64,000 bases of DNA from Candidatus Eiseniibacteriota bacterium (GTDB taxonomy: Bacteria > Eisenbacteria > RBG-16-71-46). The first letter of the stretch is position 1. Each line of letters opens with the position of its first letter. The position numbers and the translations under genes are program-made. The notes under the pieces were generated by a model that did not search any database, was not told where the DNA came from, and was given only the letters and a program-made list of their open reading frames with translations. This document shows positions 29,733 through 39,789 of this stretch, in pieces. Location: NCBI GenBank assembly GCA_963707915.1, contig OY970178.1, positions 3,424,001 through 3,488,000 on the forward strand, in the 5' to 3' direction.

Positions 29733-31262
29733 TCACGACGTCCTTCCCGGATGAGTGCCGGCTATGAGTCTCCCCTCGTACGCCCGGTACTGCAACGCCT
29801 CTGCCAGCGCGCGCACGATGATGCGCTCCTCGCCTGCCAGGTCCGCGATGGTCCGCGCCACGCGCATGGCGCGGTGCACGGCGCGTGCGCTCATGCCGCC
29901 GCGGTCCACGGCATCGGCGACGAGCCGTCGTCCGGCCTGATCCAGCGCGCAGCACTCATCGAGCCGCGACGGCGGCAGCAGCGCGTTCAGGCAGCCGCGC
30001 TCGCGCTGACGCGCCCGCGCCGCGAGCACCCGTGCCCGCACCGTCGCGCTCGACTCGCCCGATGTTGCCGCCTGCAGCTCGAGCGCCGTCAGCGCTGGCA
30101 CCTCGATCTGTATATCAATCCTGTCCAACACCGGCCCGCTCACCCGCGCGTGGTGCTGTGCGATCTCGGTCGGCGTGCACCGACAGCCCCGTCGCGGATG
30201 CCCGAGCCAACCGCAGCGGCAGGGGTTCATCGCCGCGACCAGCAGGACGCTCGCCGGGAACTCGCTGGCGCCGCTGGCGCGCACGATGGTGACCGTGCCG
30301 TTCTCGAGCGGCTGGCGCAGCGCGTCCAGCAGTCCGCGCGCGAACTCGGAGAGTTCGTCGAGGAACAGCACGCCGTGGTGGGCGAGCGAGATCTCGCCGG
30401 GGCGCGGCGGCGAGCCGCCACCCACCAGCCCGGCGGAGGAGACCGTGTGGTGCGGGGCGCGGTAGGGGCGGCGGGTCATCAGCCCGCGCCCGGGGCGGCG
30501 CAGCCCGGCGGCCGAGTGCAGTCGCGTGACCACCAGCGCCTCCTCGGGCTCGAGCGGCGGGAGGATGCCGGGCAGCCGTCTCGCGAGCATGGACTTGCCG
30601 GCGCCGGGCGGGCCGACGTAGAGCAGGTGGTGTCCGCCCGCGGCGGCGATCTCGAGTGCGCGGCGCGCCACCGCCTGGCCGCGCACGTCGCAGAGATCCT
30701 CGCTCCTCGCGGGCTCCGGATCGGGCGGCGCCGGGGCCTGGCAGGGCCGCTCCGCTCCGCGCAGCCAGTCGATCGCCTCCTGCAGGGTGTCCACGGCGTG
30801 CACGGCCAGCCCTTCGACGAGGGCGGCCTCCGGGGCGCAGCCGGAGGCGCACAGCAGGGTCGTCACGCCCGCGCGCCACAGCGCCTCGGCCAGTGGCAGG
30901 GTGCCGCGCACGCCGCGCAGGCGGCCGTCGAGTGCCAGTTCGCCCAGCGCGGCCGCGCCGTCGAGCCGCTCACGCGGGGCCTGCCCGGTGGCGACCAGCA
31001 CGCCCACGGCGACGGCGAGGTCGGTCGACGAGCCCTCCTTGCGGCGCTCGGCGGGGGCGAGGTTCACGGTGACCTTGCGGTCGGGCAACTGGAAGCCGGC
31101 GTTGCGCAGCGCGGGCCAGACCCGGTCGCGCGCCTCGCGGCCGGTGGCGTCGGGCAGGCCCACGAGGACGAAGCCGGGCAGGCCGGGCCCGACGTCCACC
31201 TCGCACTCGACCGGGAGCGCCTCCAGCCCCCACAGGGCGGCGGTCCGCACGCGGCTCAGCAT
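29733..31262 (-). CDS. comM: ComM/YifB Mg-chelatase-family AAA+ ATPase
   Basis: VGLPD, VNLAPA, GPPGAGKSMLA, PGEISLAHHGVLFLDE, AAMNPCRCG, ARTIADL. Confidence 0.96.
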   Translation of the reverse strand: MLSRVRTAALWGLEALPVECEVDVGPGLPGFVLVGLPDATGREARDRVWPALRNAGFQLPDRKVTVNLAPAERRKEGSSTDLAVAVGVLVATGQAPRERLDGAAALGELALDGRLRGVRGTLPLAEALWRAGVTTLLCASGCAPEAALVEGLAVHAVDTLQEAIDWLRGAERPCQAPAPPDPEPARSEDLCDVRGQAVARRALEIAAAGGHHLLYVGPPGAGKSMLARRLPGILPPLEPEEALVVTRLHSAAGLRRPGRGLMTRRPYRAPHHTVSSAGLVGGGSPPRPGEISLAHHGVLFLDELSEFARGLLDALRQPLENGTVTIVRASGASEFPASVLLVAAMNPCRCGWLGHPRRGCRCTPTEIAQHHARVSGPVLDRIDIQIEVPALTALELQAATSGESSATVRARVLAARARQRERGCLNALLPPSRLDECCALDQAGRRLVADAVDRGGMSARAVHRAMRVARTIADLAGEERIIVRALAEALQYRAYEGRLIAGTHPGRTS

Positions 31263-31436
31263 GGGAATGGCTCCGCGGGGGCGGGCGGTAGGGGGACGCT
31301 CGCAGCTATGCAAACGGCGGGCCCGTTCGAGCCTGCGCCGCACCCCGCGTCGGCGGGCGGTGCTGCCCGCCTTCGTCCGCCCCGCCCGTCCGCCGGCCCG
31401 CGGACGTCCGGGGCGGATCTGCGCCCTGCTGCGGGC

Positions 31437-32021
31437 CTACGTCCCGGTGACCGCGCTCTTCACCAGCGCCATCATCTCGTCGAACGGGAGCCGCTGGCCG
31501 AGCAGGGCCATGCGCACCACGCCCTGGCGGTCGATCAGCACGAACCCCGGCCGCACCTGCCGCATGCGGGAGTCGTACAGCCCGTAGACCTGGCTGATCT
31601 CCCCGGTGACGTCCGAGAGCAGGACGATCGGCAGGTTCTCGCGCTCGGCGTGGGACTTCAGGACGTGCGCCTTGTCGGCGCAGATGCCGTAGGGCTTCAC
31701 GCCCAGCCGGCGCAGGTCGGGCTCGATCTCCTTCAGGGGCGTCAGGTCCGCGCGGCGGTCGGCGAAGACCAGCAGGATCCAGTAGCCCTTGAGGTGCGAG
31801 AGGCGCACCGGCCGCCCCTGCGAACCGTCGAGCTCGAAACCGGGCGCCGGTTCACCCACGTAGACCTGGCTCAGGATGTGGCTCTCCTGCGCGGTGGGGG
31901 AGACCGGGCTCTGGGGCCCGGCGGGGGTCGCCACGGGGGTCCTGGCCTTGCTCGTCTCGTCGGCGCGCGTCGCGCCCGCCAGCGCCAGCAGCATCACCAC
32001 TGCGAGGAGTGAACGTCTCAT
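31437..32021 (-). CDS. Exported AhpC/TSA-redoxin-fold protein lacking the catalytic Cys motif
   Basis: VGEPAPGFEL...LSHLKG.WILLVF...LLSD..GEISQVYG...FVLIDRQGVVR. Confidence 0.75.
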   Translation of the reverse strand: MRRSLLAVVMLLALAGATRADETSKARTPVATPAGPQSPVSPTAQESHILSQVYVGEPAPGFELDGSQGRPVRLSHLKGYWILLVFADRRADLTPLKEIEPDLRRLGVKPYGICADKAHVLKSHAERENLPIVLLSDVTGEISQVYGLYDSRMRQVRPGFVLIDRQGVVRMALLGQRLPFDEMMALVKSAVTGT

Positions 32022-32070
32022 GGCCCCACCTCCCGGTTCGGGTACGAGCTCCGACGCTTCGTCATCTCTC

Positions 32071-33075
32071 CTATGATATCGGCAGTCGCGTGGCCTTCAC
32101 CGAGTCCCGAACGGCGCGAAGGTTCTCCGCCGGGGTGCCCGGCGGAATCGAGCATCCCGGGGCGGCGAGCCAGCGGCGCCCTCCGGTCTCGGCCAGCGCA
32201 GCGGCATATTCCGCGAGCACGGCCCCCGGGCCGGAGGCCTGCAGGGCACCGTCCTGCGAGATCCCGCCCATCACCGCGGGCGCGATCTGCCCCAGCGCCT
32301 CGCGCAGTGTCGGGTTGGTCGGGTCGGTCGTGGCCCACGAGCAGGCCGCCACCGGGTAGTCGGCGAACTCGAACAGCAGGTTCCGGCGCTTGCACACGTG
32401 CAGGACGTTGAACGGAGCGTCCGCCGCCGCGGCCAGCACGCGCAAGTCGAAGGGGCGCGCCCAGGCCCGGTGCTGCGCGGGCGTGAGCAGGTCGGCGGAG
32501 CCCCAGTCCACGGTGGCGAAGTAGATGCCGTCGGCGCCGGCGCGAAGCAATTCGCGCACGAAGGGCGCGTAGGTGGTCGTCACCGCCTCGAGCGCCCCGC
32601 GCACGAGGTCGGGATGCGAGTCGAGGTGCGCGCGCAACTCCTCGGGGGTCTCGACCATCTCGCCCAGCACGGCGAGTGGCGTGAAGACCGTCTCGATGAG
32701 GGGCACGTCGGCCGGGAGCGCCCGGCGCAGCAGGCGCACCGCCTCGACCTGCTCACCCAGCGCGCCCGCGGCAGGCGGCTGCGGGGTGATGCGCGCCCAG
32801 TCCTCCGGCGCGTGCACCGGCCACGCCTCGAGGGCGGGCTTCACGTCCGGCACGCCCGGGTAGCGGTAGCGCACGCCCCAGGGCTCGACGTGGTAGTGCT
32901 TCCGCGGGTTGAGCTTCACCCAGTCCCAGCGGTACTCGCGCCAGGACTCGAGCGTCGCCTCGACCAGGTCGGCCGCGCTGCTCTCGCGGTGGTAGAAGTG
33001 GCCCCAGAAGGAGACCGGTGGCCGGTCCACGGCGCGGCCCTCGAGGGCCGCCAGGACCCGTTCGCGAGACGTCAT
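32071..33075 (-). CDS. Uroporphyrinogen decarboxylase-family protein
   Basis: MTSRERV...DRPPVSFW, AGADGI, LHVC, APGCSIP. Confidence 0.85.
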   Translation of the reverse strand: MTSRERVLAALEGRAVDRPPVSFWGHFYHRESSAADLVEATLESWREYRWDWVKLNPRKHYHVEPWGVRYRYPGVPDVKPALEAWPVHAPEDWARITPQPPAAGALGEQVEAVRLLRRALPADVPLIETVFTPLAVLGEMVETPEELRAHLDSHPDLVRGALEAVTTTYAPFVRELLRAGADGIYFATVDWGSADLLTPAQHRAWARPFDLRVLAAAADAPFNVLHVCKRRNLLFEFADYPVAACSWATTDPTNPTLREALGQIAPAVMGGISQDGALQASGPGAVLAEYAAALAETGGRRWLAAPGCSIPPGTPAENLRAVRDSVKATRLPIS

Positions 33076-33267
33076 CCAGCCCCCCCACGATGGCCTGGCC
33101 CGAGGCGCGGTTGGACGGCCCGCCCGGCGAGGCCCGGCGGAATGGCTCGGGGCGCGCCCCGACGCCACTCCTCGCTGTCACTCTAGACCCGGGACGGGGA
33201 CGCGACAAGGGCCGGGCGCCGATTCGGGCACTTTGCGCCGCGGGGGTCCAACCCGTAGCGTTGCAAC

Positions 33268-33873
33268 ATGCGAGGAGATCGAGGCGCGCGCAGCCGAGTC
33301 GGGGTGGCCGGTGTCCTTCTTCCGCTCGCGCTGCTGCTCTCCGGTGGCTGCGCCCGCGACCCGGAGCCCGCGGCCTCGCGTGCCGCTGCCGCCCCGCTCG
33401 CGGTGAACGTCTACGCGGACACCGGCCGCGGTGGCCCGCTCGACGTGCGTCCCCCCGCCGCCCGCGTCTGGCTGCAGAGCGTCACGCCGGCGCGCCTGCC
33501 GGCGCCCTCGCCCGAGCTGCCCGAGGCGCCGCCCGACAGCCAGCCGCCGTCGGACGAGGCGCCGCCCGGGCTCGCGGTGAACCCGGGGCTCCAGCCGCCG
33601 GTGCTGCGCGTGCCCGGGACGCTGACCCTGCCGCCCGGCTGGAGCGGCCCGCGGGCGAGCGTGGACCTGGACGTGCGCGTGGACGAATCGGGCCGCGTGA
33701 CCGACGCGCTCCCGGTCGCGGCGGACCGCGACTCGGCCGCGCTCGACGGCGGGCTGGCCGCGGCGGCGCGCCGCTGCGCGCTCGGGATGCGCTTCTACCC
33801 GGCGCTGCGGGCCGGGCGGGCCGTGCCGGTGTGGTGCCGGCAGCGCTTCGACTTCGCGGGGGCGCGACGATGA
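33268..33873 (+). CDS. TonB C-terminal domain (lipo)protein
   Basis: LSGGC lipobox, Pro-rich linker, VRVDESGRVTD...RFYPA...AVPVW. Confidence 0.7.
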   Translation: MRGDRGARSRVGVAGVLLPLALLLSGGCARDPEPAASRAAAAPLAVNVYADTGRGGPLDVRPPAARVWLQSVTPARLPAPSPELPEAPPDSQPPSDEAPPGLAVNPGLQPPVLRVPGTLTLPPGWSGPRASVDLDVRVDESGRVTDALPVAADRDSAALDGGLAAAARRCALGMRFYPALRAGRAVPVWCRQRFDFAGARR

Positions 33874-35720
33874 GCCGTCGCCGCGCTCCCTGGCTTGGCC
33901 CGGCGTTCGCCCTGGGCGCGGTGGCGGCGCTGGCCGCGATCGTGCTCGCGCTCTCGGGCCAGGGCTGCGACCTGCTCGATCCCTCGCGGCGCCTGGTGCG
34001 GGAGAGCATCCGCGAGCAGCTCACCGCCCGCCGCAGCGCGCGGCGTTGGTTCCGGCGCTCGCCCGAGCGCGCGCTGGTCGGCAACTACGACATCGCCCCG
34101 ATGGTGGTGCGCTTCTACGAGCGCCGCGGGTTCAACGCCGCGTGGAGCGCGCGGCGGAGCCTGGAGGCCGAGGCCCTGCGACTGGCCGACGCGCTGGACG
34201 CCGCTCCGCGCGAGGGCCTCGAGTCCGGGGACGCCCAGGCCGGCGAGGTGCGCGCGCGCATCGCGGCCCTGGTCTCCGCCCGCGGCCCGCTCGGTCGCCG
34301 GCCCGAGCCGCGCCTGCTGGCCGACACCGACATCCTGCTGACGCGCTCGTTCCTCAAGCACGCCGCGCACCTGCACACCGGGCTCGTCGACCCGACGCGG
34401 CTGCCCGCGGACTGGCACCTGGGCCCGCGGCGCGCGGACCTGGTGGAGGTGCTCGAGCAGGCGCTCGCCACGCGCGACGTGGCCGGCGCGCTCGCGCGCC
34501 TCGAGCCGGCGCAGCCGGGCTACGCGGCGCTGCGCGGGTTGCTCGAGCGCTACCGCGGAATCGCCCGCGCGGGCGGGTGGCCGGTCGTGCCGCCCGGCGC
34601 GCCGCTGCGGCGCGGGAGCGCGGGCGAGCGCGTGCGCGTCCTGCGGGCGCGGCTGGCCGCCGAGGGCGATCTCGACCGCGCCCGCGCGGGCGGCGCCACG
34701 TTCGATGCCGCGCTGGCGGCGGCCGTCCGGCGCTTCCAGGCGCGCCACGGGCTCGACACCACCGGGGTGGTGGGCGAGCGCGACCGGGTGGAACTGGCGG
34801 TGCCGGTGGCGGCGCGCATCCGGCAGATCGCGCTCAACCTGGAACGCTGGCGGTGGCTGCCCGCCAGCCTCGGCGGGCGCCACCTGCTGGTGAACATCCC
34901 CGGCTTCACGCTCGAGGCGCGCGAGGGGGACCGCGCCGTGCTGACCATGCGCGTCATCGTCGGCAGGGAGATGAGCCGCACGCCGATGTTCAGCGACTCG
35001 ATCACTTACCTGGTCTTCAACCCGGTGTGGGAGCTGCCGGTCGAGATCGCGAAGAACGAGGTGCTGCCCGCGATCCAGAAGGACCCCGAGTACCTGGCGA
35101 AGAACCACCTGCGCCTCTACGAGCGGCACGGCCGCCGCCCGCGCGAGGTGGACCCCGCGCAGGTGGACTGGAGCAAGGTCACGCCGGAGGAGTTCGGCTT
35201 CGCGGTCAAGCAGGACCCCGGGCCCGAGAACTCGATCGGCCACGTGAAGTTCATGTGCCCGAACCAGTTCGCGGTCTACCTGCACGACACGCCGGCCGGG
35301 CGCCTGTTCACGGCGACCGAGCGCGATTACAGCCACGGCTGCGTGCGCGTCGAGCGACCGCTCGAACTGGCGCTGTACCTGCTGCGCGGCAAGGCCGGCT
35401 GGGACTCGGTGCGGATCGCGGCCGCGTTCGACACGCTGCGGAACAAGGTGGTGCAGCTGCCAGAGCCGGTGCCGGTCCACATCCTCTACTGGACGACCTG
35501 GGTGGACGACCACGGCGTGGCCCAGTTCCGGCGCGATGTCTACGCCGTGGACAGCCTGCTCGCCGACGCGTTCAGCCACGCGCGCCGCCGGCCCGCGGCC
35601 ACGCTCGAATGGGCGCGGATCCGCCCGCCGGACTCGGCGGGCGCGGTGCCACGCCCGCGCGCCGGCCCGCTGTCGGGACCGGGGAACGCGGCGCTTCCCG
35701 CCGGACCGGCTCGCCGTTGA
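33870..35720 (+). CDS. L,D-transpeptidase (YcbB/LdtD-like) with peptidoglycan-binding domain
   Basis: AVRRFQARHGL, VNIPGF, VYLHDTP, SHGCVRV. Confidence 0.93.
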   Translation: MSRRRAPWLGPAFALGAVAALAAIVLALSGQGCDLLDPSRRLVRESIREQLTARRSARRWFRRSPERALVGNYDIAPMVVRFYERRGFNAAWSARRSLEAEALRLADALDAAPREGLESGDAQAGEVRARIAALVSARGPLGRRPEPRLLADTDILLTRSFLKHAAHLHTGLVDPTRLPADWHLGPRRADLVEVLEQALATRDVAGALARLEPAQPGYAALRGLLERYRGIARAGGWPVVPPGAPLRRGSAGERVRVLRARLAAEGDLDRARAGGATFDAALAAAVRRFQARHGLDTTGVVGERDRVELAVPVAARIRQIALNLERWRWLPASLGGRHLLVNIPGFTLEAREGDRAVLTMRVIVGREMSRTPMFSDSITYLVFNPVWELPVEIAKNEVLPAIQKDPEYLAKNHLRLYERHGRRPREVDPAQVDWSKVTPEEFGFAVKQDPGPENSIGHVKFMCPNQFAVYLHDTPAGRLFTATERDYSHGCVRVERPLELALYLLRGKAGWDSVRIAAAFDTLRNKVVQLPEPVPVHILYWTTWVDDHGVAQFRRDVYAVDSLLADAFSHARRRPAATLEWARIRPPDSAGAVPRPRAGPLSGPGNAALPAGPARR

Positions 35721-35755
35721 CCCCCTCGCGGCAGCGGTGTAGCGTGCCGCGCCGT

Positions 35756-36757
35756 ATGCCCACGCCTCCCTTCGACGTCGCGGCCCTCGAGGCCATCGTC
35801 GCGCGTTTCGCCGGGCGCCGCATCGCCGTGCTGGGCGACTGCATGCTGGACCGCTACCTGTGGGGCCGGGTCGAGCGCATCTCGCCCGAGGCCCCCGTGC
35901 CGGTGGTCGAGGTCGAGCGCGAGAGCAGCACGCTGGGCGGCGCGGGCAACGTCGCCGCCAACCTGCGCGCGCTCGGCGCTGCGCCCCTGCTGCTCGGAGT
36001 GGTGGGCGAGGACGACGACGGGCGGCGGTTGCGCGAGGCCTTCGCCGCGCGCGGGCTCGACCTCGGCGGCGTGGTGACGGACGCCGCGCGGCCCACCACG
36101 GTCAAGACCCGCATCGTCGCCCACGCCCAGCAGGTGGTGCGCGCCGACCGCGAGTCCCGTGCCGACCTCTCGGGCGCGGCGCTCGCGCGCCTGCTCGAGG
36201 TCGTCGAGCGCGAGGTGCCCGGCTGCGAGGGGCTGGTGGTGAGCGACTACGGCAAGGGCGTGATCCACCCCGGCACCCTCGCGCCCGCCCTGGCCGCCGC
36301 GGGGCGCGCGGGCTGCGCGGTGAGCGTGGACCCCAAGGAGAGCCACATCGACGCCTACCGCGGGGTGAGCATCCTGACGCCCAACCAGCTCGAGGCCGGC
36401 TGGGTGCAGGGCCGCCGCGTGACCGACGAGGCGAGCCTGATGGCGGTGGGCTGGGGGCTCCAGCGGCGGCTCGACGCCGCGGCCGTGCTGGTGACGCGGG
36501 GCGCGGACGGCATGAGCCTGTTCGAGCGCGGCGGCCGCTACACCCACCTGCCGACCGTGGCGCGCGAGGTCTACGACGTGACCGGCGCGGGCGACACGGT
36601 GGTGAGCGTCGTGGCCCTGGCGCTGGCGGCCGGGGCCGGCTTCCCCGAGGCCTGCCTGCTCGCCAACCACGCCGCCGGCGTCGTCATCCGCGAGGTCGGC
36701 ACGGCGTCCTGCACGCGGGAGCAGTTGCTCGCCTCGATCGCGGGCGCGGGGTCGTGA
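35756..36757 (+). CDS. rfaE1: Heptose-7-phosphate kinase (RfaE1/HldA)
   Basis: RISPEAPVPV, GGAGNVA, SDYGKG, DVTGAGDT. Confidence 0.93.
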   Translation: MPTPPFDVAALEAIVARFAGRRIAVLGDCMLDRYLWGRVERISPEAPVPVVEVERESSTLGGAGNVAANLRALGAAPLLLGVVGEDDDGRRLREAFAARGLDLGGVVTDAARPTTVKTRIVAHAQQVVRADRESRADLSGAALARLLEVVEREVPGCEGLVVSDYGKGVIHPGTLAPALAAAGRAGCAVSVDPKESHIDAYRGVSILTPNQLEAGWVQGRRVTDEASLMAVGWGLQRRLDAAAVLVTRGADGMSLFERGGRYTHLPTVAREVYDVTGAGDTVVSVVALALAAGAGFPEACLLANHAAGVVIREVGTASCTREQLLASIAGAGS

Positions 36758-37245
36758 GCGCGGACGGCCCGCTGGCCGACGAGGCCCGGCGCGCGCTGGC
36801 CGCGTGGCGCGCGGCGGGCGACCGCGTGGTCTTCACCAACGGCGTCTTCGACCTGCTGCACCGCGGCCACGCCGAGTACCTCGCGGCGGCCCGCGCGCTG
36901 GGGGACCGGCTCGTGGTCGGGGTCAACTCCGACGCCTCGGTGCGGCGCCTGAAGGGCCCGGCCCGGCCCATCGTGGCGGCCGCGGACCGCGCTGCCCTGC
37001 TCGAGGCGCTCGCCTGCGTGGACCTCGCGGCGGTCTTCGACGAGGACACGCCCGCGCGCCTGATCGAGGCGGTGCGTCCCGACGTGCTGGTGAAGGGGGG
37101 CGACTGGGCGGTGGAGCGGATCGTCGGCCGCGAGTTCGTCGAGTCGTACGGCGGCCGGGTGCTCAGCCTGCCGCTGCGCCAGGGCTGCGGCACCTCCGTG
37201 CTGGTCGAGCGCATCCGCGCCGGGCGGAGCGCGCTGGAGCCGTGA
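36754..37245 (+). CDS. rfaE2: Heptose-1-phosphate adenylyltransferase (RfaE2/HldC)
   Basis: VFTNGVFDLLHRGH, NSDASVRRLKG, LVKGGDW. Confidence 0.93.
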   Translation: MSADGPLADEARRALAAWRAAGDRVVFTNGVFDLLHRGHAEYLAAARALGDRLVVGVNSDASVRRLKGPARPIVAAADRAALLEALACVDLAAVFDEDTPARLIEAVRPDVLVKGGDWAVERIVGREFVESYGGRVLSLPLRQGCGTSVLVERIRAGRSALEP

Positions 37246-37324
37246 GCGCCGCGCGGAGGGCGCCCGGCCCGGCCCCGGCCGGCCGGCCCGCCGCGCGGGG
37301 CACCCGCTCGAGCCGGGCCCGCCG

Positions 37325-38092
37325 GTGAGCGCGCCGACCGCCACCGGCGCGCCCGCGAAGCGCGCCATCGTCGTCGGCGCGTCTTCGGGCATCGGCCGCG
37401 CACTCGCGCTGCGGCTGGCCCGCGAGGGCTACGTCGTCGGCCTCACCGCCCGGCGCCTGCCCCTGCTGATGGAGTTGCAGGCGGAGATCGGGCGCCGCGG
37501 CCCCGGCTCCGCCGCGTGCCCGGTCAGGCAGATGGACGTCTCGGACACCGCCCGGGCGAGGGCGCAGTTGGAGGAGCTCATCGCGGAGCTGGGCGGCGTG
37601 GACCTGGTGGTGGTCAACGCCGGGACGGGGCACGTCAACCCCGGGCTCGACTGGGGACCCGAGGCGGAGACCATCGGGGTGAACGTGCTGGGCTTCGCCG
37701 CCATGGCCAACGTCGCCTACCGCCACTTCGTCGGACGCGGCGCCGGGCACCTGGTCGGCATCTCGTCGATCGCCGCCCTGCGCGGCAGCGGGGTGGCGCC
37801 GGCCTACAACGCCTCGAAGGCGTTCGTGTCGACCTACCTCGACGGGCTGCGTCACCAGCTGGCCCGGCTCCGCTCGCCGGTCGCGGTCACGGATGTCCAG
37901 CCCGGGTTCGTGCGCACCGCGATGGCGCAGGGGCCGCACGTCTTCTGGGCGGCCTCGCCGGAGAAGGCGGCGGAGCAGATCTGGCAGGCCATCCGCCGTC
38001 GCCGCAAGCGGGTGATCGTCACCCGCCGCTGGCGGCTGATCGCCTGGCTGATGAGGATCGTGCCCGACGCGGTGTACCACCGCCTCGGGTGA
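37325..38092 (+). CDS. SDR oxidoreductase
   Basis: GASSGIG, NAG, YNASK. Confidence 0.9.
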   Translation: MSAPTATGAPAKRAIVVGASSGIGRALALRLAREGYVVGLTARRLPLLMELQAEIGRRGPGSAACPVRQMDVSDTARARAQLEELIAELGGVDLVVVNAGTGHVNPGLDWGPEAETIGVNVLGFAAMANVAYRHFVGRGAGHLVGISSIAALRGSGVAPAYNASKAFVSTYLDGLRHQLARLRSPVAVTDVQPGFVRTAMAQGPHVFWAASPEKAAEQIWQAIRRRRKRVIVTRRWRLIAWLMRIVPDAVYHRLG

Positions 38093-38235
38093 GGCGGTCC
38101 GCCGCGTCGCTTGCTTTGCGCCCGCCATCCGGTTAGCGTATCCCGTCCTTTTCTGGGGGTGCCCTCCGTGGGGCGCTCCCCTTCCCCGTGTCCGCAGTAC
38201 GGAACGGGTCCCTCGGCCGAGACGGGATCCACGCC

Positions 38236-39720
38236 ATGGCGCAGACGTTCCAGAACCACATCGGTGGGCGCTGGGTACCGGCGCGTTCGGGCCGGACCTT
38301 CGCCAACTCGAACCCCGCCACCGGCGAGGTCCTGGGCGAGTTCCCGCTCTCCGGCCCCGAGGACGTCAACGACGCGGTCGAGGCGGCGGCGCGGGCCTAC
38401 TCCGCGTGGCGGCTCACGCCCGCCCCGCGGCGGGCCGAGATCCTGTTCCGGGCCGGCGAGATCATGCGTGCGCGCAAGCCGGAGCTGGCCCGTGCGATGA
38501 CCCGCGAGATGGGCAAGGTGCTGGCCGAGGCCGGCGGGGACGTGCAGGAAGGCATCGATATGGCCTTCCACGCGGCGGGCGAGGGGCGGCGCCTGCACGG
38601 CGTCACCACGCCGAGCGAGATGCACGACAAGTGGGCGATGTCGGTGCGCGTGCCGATCGGCGTGACCGGCGTCATCACCCCCTGGAACTTCCCGCTCGCC
38701 ATCCCGGCCTGGAAGCTGATGCCCGCGCTGGTGGCGGGCAACACCGCGGTCTTCAAGCCGGCGACCGACACCCCGGAGATGGCCTGGCACCTGGCGGGCA
38801 TCCTCGAGCAGGCCGGGCTGCCGGCGGGCGTGCTGAACCTGGTCTTCGGCGGCGGCGCGCAGGTCGGCGACCCGCTGGTGGCCGACCCGCGCGTGCCGGC
38901 CGTCTCGTTCACCGGCTCGACCGAGGTCGGGCTCGGCATCTCGCAGCGCGCCGGGGCGCTGGGCAAGCGCGTGGCGCTCGAGATGGGCGGCAAGAACGCG
39001 GTGATCGTGATGGACGACGCCGACCTGGCGCTGGCGACCGAGGCGATCCTGTGGAGCGCCTTCGGCACGACCGGCCAGCGCTGCACCGCGTGCAGCCGCG
39101 TGCTGGCGCACGAGCGCGTGCACGACGAGCTGGTGCAGCGGCTGGCGGACGGCGCGCGCGGCCTCCGGCTGGGCGACGGCCTCGATCCCGCGACCCAGGT
39201 CGGGCCGCTGGTCAACCGCGCGCAGGTCGAGCGCGTCGAGCGCTACGTCCGGGTCGGCTTCGACGGGGGCGCGAAGCTGGTGGCGGGCGGCGTGCCGGCC
39301 GCCGAGGGGGCGCTGGCGAAGGGGTTCTTCTACCGGCCCACGGTGTTCGCCGGCGTGCGCCCCGACGCGCGCATCGCGGTCGAGGAGATCTTCGGCCCGG
39401 TGCTGTCCGTGGTGCAGGTCAAGGACTTCGCGGAGGCCGTGCAGGTCAACAACGCCTCGCGTTTCGGTCTCTCGTCGTCCATCTTCACGCGCGACGTGAA
39501 TCGCGCCTTCGCCGCGATGCGCGACCTCGACACCGGCATCGTCTACGTGAACCACGGCACGACCGGGGCGGAGATCCACCTGCCGTTCGGGGGCATGCGC
39601 GGCACGGGCAACGGACACCGCGAGGCCGGGCACACGCTGCTCGACCCGTTCACCGAGTGGAAGAGCATCTACGTGGACTTCAGCGGTCGGCTGCAGCGGG
39701 CGCAGATCGACATCGATTAG
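38236..39720 (+). CDS. Aldehyde dehydrogenase
   Basis: ITPWNFP, FTGST, EMGGKN, GQRCT, EEIFGPV. Confidence 0.95.
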   Translation: MAQTFQNHIGGRWVPARSGRTFANSNPATGEVLGEFPLSGPEDVNDAVEAAARAYSAWRLTPAPRRAEILFRAGEIMRARKPELARAMTREMGKVLAEAGGDVQEGIDMAFHAAGEGRRLHGVTTPSEMHDKWAMSVRVPIGVTGVITPWNFPLAIPAWKLMPALVAGNTAVFKPATDTPEMAWHLAGILEQAGLPAGVLNLVFGGGAQVGDPLVADPRVPAVSFTGSTEVGLGISQRAGALGKRVALEMGGKNAVIVMDDADLALATEAILWSAFGTTGQRCTACSRVLAHERVHDELVQRLADGARGLRLGDGLDPATQVGPLVNRAQVERVERYVRVGFDGGAKLVAGGVPAAEGALAKGFFYRPTVFAGVRPDARIAVEEIFGPVLSVVQVKDFAEAVQVNNASRFGLSSSIFTRDVNRAFAAMRDLDTGIVYVNHGTTGAEIHLPFGGMRGTGNGHREAGHTLLDPFTEWKSIYVDFSGRLQRAQIDID

Positions 39721-39789
39721 GCACCGAGCCACAGGCGGGTCGCGCGCAGCGGGCCCGGGACCGACAACGCCCACCACACGGGGGCCGAG

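Larger units (their letters stand above)
27344..30221. mobile_element. Putative comM-integrated element remnant (2876 bp including an IS; 1640 bp without) carrying a replacement comM 3' end
   Basis: Bounded by the two NP|CRCG junction sites; contains a double-HTH gene, an IS3, a gene remnant, a secreted gene and the comM tail; no integrase inside. Confidence 0.7.
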
